This document shows positions 1 through 9,675 of a stretch of DNA of 15,217 nucleotides, one piece after another. Within the stretch, counting starts at the first letter, position 1; every line of letters starts with the position of its first letter. The stretch is from Octopus sinensis (Eukaryota): NCBI RefSeq assembly GCF_006345805.1, contig NW_021825518.1, positions 1-15,217 of the forward strand. Direction: 5' to 3'. Made by a program: the position numbers and the translations under genes. A model generated the notes under the pieces. That model was given only the letters and a program-made list of their open reading frames with translations. It did no database searches and was not told the origin of the DNA.

Positions 1-56
1 TATATACATACATACAATACACTACATACATACATACATACATAAATATATATATA

Positions 57-95
<39 letters not shown>

Positions 96-124
96 CATAC
101 ATAACAGACATAATATATATATAC

Positions 125-168
<44 letters not shown>
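1..168. repeat. (TACA)n/(TA)n compound microsatellite
   Basis: Direct reading of the sequence. Confidence 0.95.
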
Positions 169-174
<6 letters not shown>

Positions 175-380
175 ACAGACATCACCAACAGTGCAAATAA
201 TGAGAAAATATGGAAAACAGGACAAGTTACACACGGAAGGACCCTTCATCAGTCGTCGGCTGTCTATCTGTTCCTCATTTGTGCATTCACGACAAAATGA
301 GTCTTCAAGCACAGTTGCTCCCAGAGATTCTAAAATAAAATTCAGGATTTATGTAGAGTCAAAGTTGGGAATAAAATATA
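169..380 (-). mobile_element. Possible degenerate Penelope-like 3' tail with decayed HHR-like motif
   Basis: Minus strand: TTGAAGA (308-302), hairpin CTCATTT/AAATGAG (301-274), then GAAC; a separate CTGATGA at 252-246. It ends at (TA)n like the other HHR-bearing tails. The core is incomplete. Confidence 0.35.
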
Positions 381-730
381 AATGATAGTGCAAACATACA
401 AGGAAACCGAACGAAAAGAAACATGGATGGTCGTTGGAACAGAACGAGAGGAAAATAGTGAACGCTGGGAGAAATATTTTTTAAGAGAAAAGATAGAAGA
501 GAGAGAGAAAAAAAAACGCGTCTCCTCGTTCAAACGTCAGTGCAGGAAAAGAAAGGTGGCCACGTGAGGAAAAGAAAATTGGACGATGGTCACGTGTGGG
601 CAACGGGAGAGAGAGAAAGATAGAAAACAGTGAATGAAGGAGGGGTAAAGGGGAATTGGAGAGGGGTGGAGGAAGAAAACAGTACAGAGTACAGTGGCAT
701 CAAAAGGATGAAGATAACTTACTTGGATAT

Positions 731-920
731 ACATATACGTGTGGGTGTGTTGTGTTGTGTGTGTGTGTATCAAATATTTTATATATATAATATATATATA
801 GACGTGTATATTATATATATATACATTATATATATACACATTATAATATGTGTATGTATATACGTATAGATGTATGATAATATATATATATATATATATT
901 ATATAATATATATATATATG
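731..920. repeat. (TG)n/(TA)n compound microsatellite
   Basis: Direct reading. Confidence 0.9.
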
Positions 921-1144
921 ATTTCTTTATTGCCCACAAGGAGCTAAACATAGAGGGGAGAAACAGGTACAGACAAAGGGATTCAGTCGATTAGATCGAC
1001 CCCAGTGCGTATCTAGTACTTAATTTATCCACCCCGAAATGATGAAAAGCAAAGTCGGCCTCGGCGGAATTTGAACTCAGCGGCAGAAGAAATACCGCTA
1101 AGCATTTCGCCCAGCGTGCTAACATTTCTCCCATCTCACTGCCT
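921..1144 (-). mobile_element. tRNA-derived SINE family A (Meta-domain-like core), near full length with small internal deletion
   Basis: Reverse complement matches copies at 2761, 8562 and 14625. Box B-like GAGTTCAAATTCC, core resembling GACTTTGCCTTTCATCCTTTCGGGGTCGATAAATTAAGTAC, tail AATAAAGAAAT. Confidence 0.9.
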
Positions 1145-1333
1145 TGTATATATCTTTATATATATATATATATATATAAATATATATACATATGTATATA
1201 TATATAGATGTGTGTGTATACATATGTATAACTACATATATATGTTTATAATATACATGTATATATATCTAGATATGTATATATGTATATAAATATATAT
1301 GTGTGTATGTGTATGTGTGTGTGTGTTTATGTG

Positions 1334-1634
1334 TATTATCCGAAGTGTACAGTATTATATATCCCTTGCGGACGATCATAGCAATCGGTTTAGCGCTAGG
1401 GATGCAATGGAGTGTTAGTTAACAATCCCCTTATGTACCCCTGCGCTCATCAGAGGTAGAAAATCTGGAATGAAATATGGTGACTACGCTCTGAACAAAT
1501 ATATTCGATTTGCGCAGATCGGCTACCTCTGACGAGCGCAGAGTCAAATAATCGGATTGTTACCTAACACTCCGTTGAATCCTTAGCGCGAGACCGATTG
1601 GAAAGATCGGTCGTACTGTACACGTCGGATAATA
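1334..1634. repeat. ~300-bp imperfect inverted repeat (fold-back element); MITE-like or paired-HHR element
   Basis: TATTATCCGA/TCGGATAATA termini; successive paired blocks GTGTACAGTA, CAATCGGT, GCGCTAGGGAT, GGAGTGTTAG, TAACAATCC and CTGCGCTCATCAGAGGTAG have reverse complements (a few mismatches) in 1523-1634. Confidence 0.85.
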
Positions 1635-1750
1635 ATATTCCTACTGCACTGACAGATATACGACTCATTTTTGCCTGATTTATTGACTTTCAGACAACTC
1701 ACACACACACACACACGCATATGTACATATATGTATACATATGTATACAC

Positions 1751-1790
<40 letters not shown>

Positions 1791-1856
1791 ATAGTATACA
1801 CAACACACACACATATATATATAGTATATATATATATAATATATATATATATATAT

Positions 1857-2049
1857 CGGAGTAAACACATAAATTTGAAACAAGGTGGAAAAAGAGTCCT
1901 CAAATACCAGAGGTAGCGTATATGCTTTATTAAAGCAGCAGAAATTCAACAAAACCTGTTACTACTCGAGTTTCACGTTCCCCGACGAACGGGAACGTGA
2001 AACTCCGAGTAACAGGTTTTGTTTGAATTTTCTGCTGCTTTTAATAAAG

Positions 2050-2055
<6 letters not shown>
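1857..2055. mobile_element. Penelope-like terminal fragment in head-to-head inverted arrangement with minimal HHR variant
   Basis: Inverted repeat 1919-1982 / 1991-2055. Plus strand CCGACGA-ACG(GGAA)CGT-GAAA-CTC(C)GAG-TA; AATAAA downstream on both arms; flanked by (TA)n. Confidence 0.65.
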
Positions 2056-2080
<25 letters not shown>

Positions 2081-2433
2081 ATATATAATATTGTGTATGT
2101 ATATATATATGTATGGGCGTGTGCGCATCTGATCATACATCAGTGCATATGCACTGTATGCTACGCAGCTTCTTTCTCCTGCTCTCTATCGCCCACCTCA
2201 TCTCCCCACTCCTTTTCCTTTCTTCTTTCTCTACAGAAAAATAAGGAATTTCCAAGACCTATGTCTTCTTCTTAAAACATAATTACTCTTCTAAGAGAAA
2301 ACAGTTTTCGTTTATTATTTTTTTTCCCTCTCTTATCTTTTTGTCCTTTCTTCTTCTTCTCTGTTCTAAGCCTTTCATGTTCTTCGTATTGTACTTCTTG
2401 AGGTTTCATTACTTTTTCATGCCTTTCGTGATG

Positions 2434-2520
2434 GTGTTGTTGTTGTTGTTGTTGTCCTTCTTGTTGTCGTTGTTGCTGCTGTTGTTGTTGTTGTTGCGGT
2501 TGATGATGTTGCAGTTTGTT
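2434..2520. repeat. (GTT/GCT)n trinucleotide tract
   Basis: Direct reading; source of the poly-Q and poly-L ORFs. Confidence 0.9.
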
Positions 2521-2760
2521 TGTATCGCTAGTTTTCATCTAGTTTTAAGTTCCGATATTTGTAAATACATATGCCTACACGTTTGCACGGATGGATGTAC
2601 GCATGTATGCACGCTTGTAAGCATGTATAGAGACATGTACGTGTATATTTCAACACACACACATACATACACATATATACACGGGCACGCATACTCTAAC
2701 ATCTATGCATGTATGTATGTATGTATGTATGTATGTATGTATGTATGTATGTATGTATTC

Positions 2761-3160
2761 AGGCGGTGAGCTGGCAGAAACGTTAGCACGCCGGGCGAAA
2801 TGCTTAGCGGTATTTCGTCTGCCGTTACGTTCTGAGTTCAAATTCCGCCGAGGTTGACTTGGCCTTTCATCATTTCGGGGTTTATAAATTAAGTACCAGT
2901 TACGCAATGGGGTCTGTCTTTGTTTGTCCCCTCTATGTTTAGTACCTTGTGGGCAATAAAGAAATAAGAAACGTTAGCACGCCGAGCTTAGCGATATTTC
3001 GTCTATTTTTACGTTCTAAGTTCAAATTCCGCTGAGGTCGACTTTGCCTTTCATTATTTCGGGGTCGATAAATTAAGTACCAGTTGCGTACTGGAATCGA
3101 TCTAATCGATTGGACCCCTCCCCCGAATTTTGGGCCTTGTGCTTAGAGTAGAAACGAGTA
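2761..3160 (+). mobile_element. SINE family A dimer: unit 2761-2966 followed by 5'-clipped unit 2967-3160 with an alternative 3' tail
   Basis: Head GGCGGTGAGCTGGCAGAAACGTTAGC (box A-like) and box B-like GAGTTCAAATTCC. The second unit restarts at AGAAACGTTAGC and ends CCCTCCCCCGAATTTTGGGCCTTGTGC. Confidence 0.9.
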
Positions 3161-3187
3161 TATTTATATATAAATAATTCATATATA

Positions 3188-3555
3188 AGGCGTAGGAGTG
3201 GCTGTGTGGTAAGTAGCTTGCTTACGAACCACATGGCTCCGGGTTCAGTCCCACTGCGTGGCACCTTGGGCAAGTGTTTTCTACTATAGCCTCGGTCCGA
3301 CCAAAGCCCTGTGAGTGGATTTGGTAGACGGAAACGGAAAGAAGCCCGTCGTATGTATGTATAAATATATATATATATATATACGTATGTGTGTGTATAT
3401 GTTTGTGTGTCTGTATTTGTCACCCCAGCAACCGATGTTGGTGTATTTACGTCCACGTAAACTAGCGCTTCGGCAAAAGAGACCGATAGAATAAGTACAA
3501 AGAATAAATCCTGGGGTCGATTTGTTCGACTAAATGCGACTAAAACAAGTAAGAG
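3188..3555 (+). mobile_element. tRNA-derived SINE family B (CORE-like segment, internal microsatellite)
   Basis: Box A-like TGGCTGTGTGG, box B-like GGTTCAGTCCC, CORE-like CACCTTGGGCAAGTG; homologous to 9676-9958(-), 12372-12580 and 12611-12759. Confidence 0.85.
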
Positions 3556-3634
3556 TATATATATGCTATATATATATATATATATAATATATCATATATT
3601 TAATATAATATATATATAATATATATATATATAT

Positions 3635-3790
3635 AACGGGAAGCTTTATGAAAATAGACAAAAGACGAAGGCAGGTGGAAAACAAACAAACAATTGTATT
3701 AGTATGGCGCTCAGGAAATATAAATAAAACAAGTCTTTAACGTTTCGAGCCTACGCTCTTCAACAGAAAGATACACAGAGAGAAAAAAAA
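3635..3790 (-). mobile_element. Penelope-like 3' tail with minimal HHR variant
   Basis: Minus strand TCTTTCTG-TTGAAGA-GCGTAGGCTC-GAAACGT-T-AAAGA (3771-3734), then a U-rich tail ending at (TA)n. Confidence 0.6.
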
Positions 3791-4350
3791 CACAGAAAGA
3801 AGGAGAGAAAAAAAATGTGTATAAATTATATATATATATAGAGAGAGAGAGAGACAGACAATCAGATAGATAGAATACATAGATACGCAGATAGATAAAT
3901 TTATAGATATGCATACTTCCATGCATGAGTATATAACTATACACGCAGATATGAATACATATACACACTCACACATGTGTGCATACACATGTATGTGTGT
4001 GTATGTACGTATTCATCCATCCCTCCCTCCTTCCATCCATCCATCCATCCATCCATACCCGCACACATACACCCCCCCAGGCTTTTTGTCCTTGTTGCAA
4101 CTTTTTCTTTTCTCTCTCTACAATGTCTGCCTCTTGTTATTGTTGATGTTGATTGTATTTGGAGGTCTCCCGATTGATGTTCCGCCATTTGTTGCTCTTG
4201 CTTTAACTGTTGTTGTTGTTGTTATTGTTGTTGCTGCTGTTGAAGCAGTCCTTCCCTTGTTGAAGCTGTCTGTTCTAATGCTGTTGTAATTTACTGCTTC
4301 GTTTGATGTTAATGTTGTTTGCTCTTAACGCCGTTGTTAACATTGTTGTG

Positions 4351-4395
<45 letters not shown>

Positions 4396-4396
4396 G

Positions 4397-4616
4397 AGGC
4401 AGCGAGCTGGCAGAATCGTTAGCACACCGGGAAAAAAGCGTAGCGGTATTTTGTCTGTCGCTACATTTTTGCGTTCGAATTCCGACGATGTCGACTTTAC
4501 CTTTCATCCTTTCGGATTCGATAAAAAAATGTATCAGTCGAGCACAGGGAGTGGAGATGAATGTAATCAACCTATCCCTCCCCTAAAATTGTTGATTTTG
4601 TGCCAGAGTTCAAAGC

Positions 4617-4617
<1 letters not shown>
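4397..4617 (+). mobile_element. SINE family A, diverged copy with alternative tail, within (ATT)n
   Basis: GCGAGCTGGCAGAATCGTTAGCAC head, GTTCGAATTCC box B, GTCGACTTTACCTTTCATCCTTTCGG core. Confidence 0.85.
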
Positions 4618-4677
<60 letters not shown>

Positions 4678-4694
4678 TTATCATCGTTATTATT

Positions 4695-5262
4695 GTGTGA
4701 GAGAGCTGGCCATGCCATCAAAGTGACACTGGGGTAAAATATACGAAGCCCAGTATACCCATCATGACTATCCGTCTGATAAGGGTACACTAGGCACATC
4801 CATCACAACCATATGTGCACGACATGGCGACCTCATATCAGCGCATGACCTTGCAAGTGGGGCCCAGTTAGAATTTTCTTCTTGTCATGTAGCCCTTCCC
4901 GCTCAAACGGTCCCTGAATAAGGGTTGTTTAAGGACGTTGAAAGAACCACCCATGTTTCCAATGGTGAGTTATCCAAGCCTCTAAGAATTCCTTTCAACA
5001 CTCGGCTATGATTCTCCCCCATTACTTCTGCTCATGATCAGAGATGCACATATCGTCAGCCACTAAGGGACATGCTCAACTGGTTACGGTCAAACAACTG
5101 ACAAGCAAATCTGTGGTATTGATCAGAATATTTGTTGCAGCCCATCTTTTATACCAAGACAAAACAATATACATGATAACGCTTCCAATCAGTTAAGATC
5201 AGAAGTCATGAGAGCCACTATCTGGTACTGCATCAGGGCATTTGTACTGCATCAGGGCATTT
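4695..5262. mobile_element. Unclassified ~570-bp interspersed element, copy 1, embedded in (ATT)n
   Basis: Direct repeat of 5365-5942; bounded by (ATT)n on both sides; no ORF or TIR recognised. Confidence 0.75.
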
Positions 5263-5364
5263 ATTATTATTATTATCATTGTTATTATTATTAATATTAT
5301 TATTATTATCATTGTTATTATTATTAATATTATTATTATTATCATTGTTATTATTATTATTATT

Positions 5365-5938
5365 GAGTGAGAGAGCAGTTCATGCCATCAAAGTGACACT
5401 GGGGTAAAATATACGAAGCCCAATATACCCATCATGACTACCCGTCTGATAAAGGTACACCAGGCACATGCATCACAACCATATGTGCGCGACATGGTGA
5501 TCTCATATCAAGATAAACAGCACATGACCTTGCAGGTGGGGCCCAGTTAGAATTTTCTTCAGATTGAGTAGCCCATCCCGCTCAAACGGTCCCTGAATAA
5601 GGGTTGTTTAAGGATGTTGAAAGAACCACCCATGTTTCCAGAGGTGAACTATTCAAACCCCAAAGAATCCCTCTCAACACATGGCTATGATGCTTACCCC
5701 ACTACTTCTGCTCGTGATCAGAGATGCACATATCGTCAGCCACTAAGGGACATGCTCAACTGGTTACGGTCAAACAACTGACAAGCAAATCTGTGGTATT
5801 GAGCAGAATATTTGTTGCAGCCCATCTTTTATACCAAGACAAAACAATGTACATGATAACGCTTCCAATCAGTTAAGATCAGAAGCCATGAGAGCCACTG
5901 TCTGGTACTGCATCAGGGCATGTGTACTGCATCAGGGC

Positions 5939-5942
<4 letters not shown>
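5365..5942. mobile_element. Unclassified ~570-bp interspersed element, copy 2
   Basis: Colinear with 4695-5262, with the same ends and the same terminal 19-nt duplication. Confidence 0.75.
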
Positions 5943-6002
<60 letters not shown>

Positions 6003-6039
6003 GTTGTTGTTGTTGTTATTATTAATATTATTATAATCA

Positions 6040-6084
<45 letters not shown>

Positions 6085-6252
6085 TATTATTATTATTATT
6101 GTTGTTGTTGTTGTTGCTATTATTATTAATATAATTATTATTATCATTGTTATTATTATTATATTATTATTATTATTATTATTATCATTGTTATTATTAT
6201 TATTGTTGTTGTTGTTGTTGTTGTTGTTATTATTATTATTATTATTATTTAT
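5943..6252. repeat. Long (ATT/GTT)n microsatellite
   Basis: Direct reading. Confidence 0.95.
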
Positions 6253-6492
6253 TGCCTTTGCACAGCTCTTAACGCTGGAGATGTACTACTGTGCCAGCTG
6301 TTCATTACCAGTGAACTAAGGTAAAACCACTTATTTTTCGAGCACCTTCCGGAGTATTCGAGCTGTTCTAAGCAGTGCTGTTTTCTGCAAGTGCTCCACC
6401 CTTATTGCAGCCCTTATTTGTTCCATGTACTTCTCAAGATTTTTACTCACTGTTCCCACGGCTCCGACAATTATTGGTACTACTACCACCTT
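6253..6492 (-). mobile_element. 5'-truncated 3' end of an RLE-type non-LTR retrotransposon (R4/Dong-like)
   Basis: Manual translation of 6492-6331(-): KVVVVPIIVGAVGTVSKNLEKYMEQIRAAIRVEHLQKTALLRTARILRKVLEK*. This resembles the C-terminus of restriction-like endonuclease domains (VVPI.VGALG...LQK.ALLGTARILRKVL). A short 3' UTR runs into (AAT)n. Confidence 0.85.
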
Positions 6493-6838
6493 CGGTATTT
6501 CGTCTGCCGTTACGTCCTGAGTTCAAGTTCCGCCGAGATCGACTTTGCCTTTCATCCTTTTGGGGTCGATAAATTAAGTACCATTTACGCACTGTGGTCG
6601 ATGTAATCGACTTAATCCGTTTGTCTGTCCTTGTTTGTCCTCTCTATGTTTAGCCCCTTGTGGGTAGTAAGGAAATAGGTATTTCGTCTGCCGTTACGTT
6701 CTGAGTTCAAATTCCGCCACGGTCGACTTTGCCTTTCATCCTTTCAGGGTCGATAAATTAAGTACCAGTTATGCACTGTGGTCTTTGTCCTTGTTTTTCC
6801 TCCTCTGTGTTTAGCCCCTTGTGAGCAATAAAGAAATA
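6493..6838 (+). mobile_element. SINE family A head-less tandem dimer
   Basis: Two units each starting GGTATTTCGTCTGCCG; junction at 6677/6678. Confidence 0.9.
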
Positions 6839-7162
6839 AGGAAGGGATATGACCAAATACTAGGCATTTGTCTGATACTCAGCCGCTTCTGACATCAAGC
6901 CGACATTCTTGGCAAGAATGTAAGACTTTAAAAATGATATATACTTTAGTATGCGACTCTGCATAGCTGCTGTTGAATAAAATTCAATGTGGAAGGTTTT
7001 TTATGCTAGAATCCACCTCCGTTTGTATTGGTAATATTTCAAGAATATTAAAATGAAAGCAAAAAAAAAAAACCCAGAAAAGAACATCTCCCACACCTAC
7101 ATACATACACATATGTATTTATATATATACATATACATACATAGAAATTCGGGGTGAGTACT

Positions 7163-7212
<50 letters not shown>

Positions 7213-8024
7213 ATATATATGTATGTATGTATGTATGTATATATGCATTTCTGAATTTATGTGAATATCTGAATCTATACACCCCACCACTAAAGTTAGT
7301 AATTTACTATATAAAAAACCCTATTAAATAACACAAAGCGGAGCGGGGTGGGTGTCATAACTCGCCATGACTATTTTAAGGATCCGTTTATGGAGGTCGT
7401 CTGTTTCAGTGAATTTCCCAGAGAGATTTTTTTTCTTCTAATTCCTTTCGTTGGTCGGCCATATCGTATGAGAAATAATTGTCATTGCTCCTTCTTATTT
7501 TATTTTTGTTTTTGTTCTGTTTTTTTTTTTTTTGTTTTTGTTTTCCCGCAGATCTCACTTTACCCCTCGGGTCTGATGGAAGAAAATGAGAGGATGGAAG
7601 GTGTGATAGTAATAAGATAGAATCTGGGGGCGAATAGTTTCAACAGCATAAAACAAGAACAACAACAACAACAAAATAACGGAAAGAAAATAATAAAAAC
7701 TGAAAGTGATAACTTCTTGCAAAAATAGGGGAGAAAAGAGAAATTTCATATTTGACGAGAAGTTTTTCAAATGTGATAATAATCTACGAAATATTTTGGG
7801 TATGGATTGTATTTCAATAATGCATTGCGTTTTTGGAGGAAATACTGCAAAGAAGCCGAAGAAAAAAAATAATACAAAGTATGATTAAAGAGAAGGAAAG
7901 GGACAAGTTATAAACATGAAAACATTTATGTCAAAAAGCGTTAAAAATAGAGAAATAACACAAATGAGAAGACAGAAGACAAAAGGAAATGATAAAGAAA
8001 TGATAAGAACATGTAATAACACCG

Positions 8025-8385
8025 TTGTCATCATCACCATCATCAGTATCATTATCAGCATCAGCATCAAACATCAAACATCAAACACTGGTTGTATTAG
8101 CAACAAAACGCACATCAAAACAGCAGAGACAGTAATAACAGTCACAACAACAGCAATAACAAAAACAGTAGCAACAACAACAAGAACAACAACAGCAATA
8201 ACAAAACTGTAGCAGCAGCATTCGGCAGTTAGGAATTATATACTTCTAACAAAGCAAAAAATTAACAACGGACACATCAGTGACACACTAGCAACAGGAG
8301 TATCAGCCACAAGAACGACGACAACAACAGCAACAACAACAACAACTAAAAGACAATGTAAAAGACTTCCAGCAAAACCACCACT

Positions 8386-8417
<32 letters not shown>

Positions 8418-8528
8418 CAACAACAACATCAATAATAACGATGACGACAACAGCCAAAAAAAAATCGCAGACGCATGTCTTTTAACAAACCGTAACAAAG
8501 AAAGAACTTTCAACAACAGCCACAACAA
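8025..8528. repeat. Degenerate (CAT/CAA/CAG/CAC)n low-complexity region
   Basis: Direct reading; source of the poly-T and poly-V ORFs. Confidence 0.8.
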
Positions 8529-8561
8529 TAATTATTACGTATATAATACAGATTACAAATT

Positions 8562-9155
8562 AAGGCTGGAACGAGCTGGCAGAAACGTTAGCACGCCGGG
8601 TGAAATGCTTAGCGGTATTTCGTCTGCGTTACGTTGTGAGTTCAAATTCCGCCGAGGTCGACTTTGCCTTTCATCCTTTCGGGGTCGATAAATTAAGTAC
8701 CAGTTACGCACTGGGGTCGATGTAATCGACTTAATACCTATGTCTGTCCTTGTTTGTCCCCTCTGTGTTTAACCCCTTGTGGGTAATAAAGAAATAGGTA
8801 TTTCGTCTGCCGTTACGTTCTGAGTTCAAATTCCGCCGAGGTCGACTTTGCCTTTCATTCTTTCGGGGTCGATTAAATAAGAACCAGTTACGCACTGGGA
8901 TCGATATAATCGACTTAATCCGTGTGTCTGTCCCCTCTGTGTTTAGCCCCTTGTGGGTAGTAAAGAAATAGGTATTTCGTCTGCCGCTACGTTCTGAGTT
9001 CAAATTCCTCTGAGGTCGACTTTGCCTTTTATCCTTTTGGGGTCGATTAAATAAGTACCAGTTACGCACTGAGGTCGACATAATCGACTTAATCCGTGTG
9101 TCTATCCTTGTTTTGTCTTCTCTCTGTTTAGCCCCTTGTGGGTGGTAAAGAAATA
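8562..9155 (+). mobile_element. SINE family A tandem trimer (one headed unit plus two head-less units)
   Basis: Units 8562-8796, 8797-8970 and 8971-9155. Confidence 0.92.
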
Positions 9156-9184
9156 GGTATGTATGTTTGTTGCGTATGAAGTCA

Positions 9185-9575
9185 TATGGCGTAGCGGTTT
9201 CGTGTTTTAGGGTCTTATAACCGTTAGATCGTGTGTTCGATTCTGGGACTTTCCCAACTTGAATTCTTGAGCAAGTCATTTAACTTTCACGTTACTTTAG
9301 GCCAGCGTTTCTCAACCATTTTTGTAACCTACGGACCTCTTTGATTCCTGTTTTACTCCGATGGATCCTCATGGCCATTCGATAATTTAAAAAGTCCTGG
9401 GATAGTTTTATGATTAAATATTATAAAGAATTGTATTTGAAAAATTAAAATATTTTGTGTATTAAAGAAATGTAACCAATATATTGCACATAAATTTCAA
9501 CAACAAAACTCATCTAGGGAAGCCCAAGGGTCATTATGGATCGTGGTTGAGAACCATTGCTCCAGGTGATAATCT
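9185..9575 (+). mobile_element. Old tRNA-derived SINE family C, interrupted by a hAT-like MITE
   Basis: Box A-like TGGCGTAGCGG, box B-like GTTCGATTC, CORE-like TTGAGCAAGTCATTTAAC; resumes GTGATAATCTCCAA after the MITE; paralog at about 10008-10133. Confidence 0.6.
9303..9559. mobile_element. hAT (Charlie-like) MITE
   Basis: TIRs CAGCGTTTCTCAACC / GGTTGAGAACCATTG; degenerate 8-bp TSD CTTTAGGC (9295-9302) / CTCCAGGT (9560-9567). Confidence 0.8.
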
Positions 9576-9675
9576 CCAAGATCGCGATCCTAATTGCAAT
9601 ATCGAATTTAATGAGACTTTTTCAGTTATTACACTGAGGCCATGTTGGGTCACCACCTTCAATTTTTAGACAAGT

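Noticed and set aside
179-339. Plus-strand terminal exon after TTGTACAG
   Set aside because: Poor pyrimidine tract and unrecognised peptide; the region is better explained as a repeat tail.
2272-2769. Poly-Q and poly-L 'membrane-like' ORFs (also 3909-4289, 5922-6134, 8236-8528)
   Set aside because: Trinucleotide repeats with no domain or exon support.
6903-6921. Palindrome ACATTCTTG-G-CAAGAATGT
   Set aside because: Short and isolated; no associated element recognised.
8562-9155. CRISPR-like or tRNA gene array
   Set aside because: The units are long and homologous throughout with no unique spacers. Box A/B motifs are present but I see no full cloverleaf, so these are SINE heads.
8731-9279. 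182-aa ORF with internal repeats (RQSRPRRNLNSE)
   Set aside because: Antisense translation of the tandem SINE A units.
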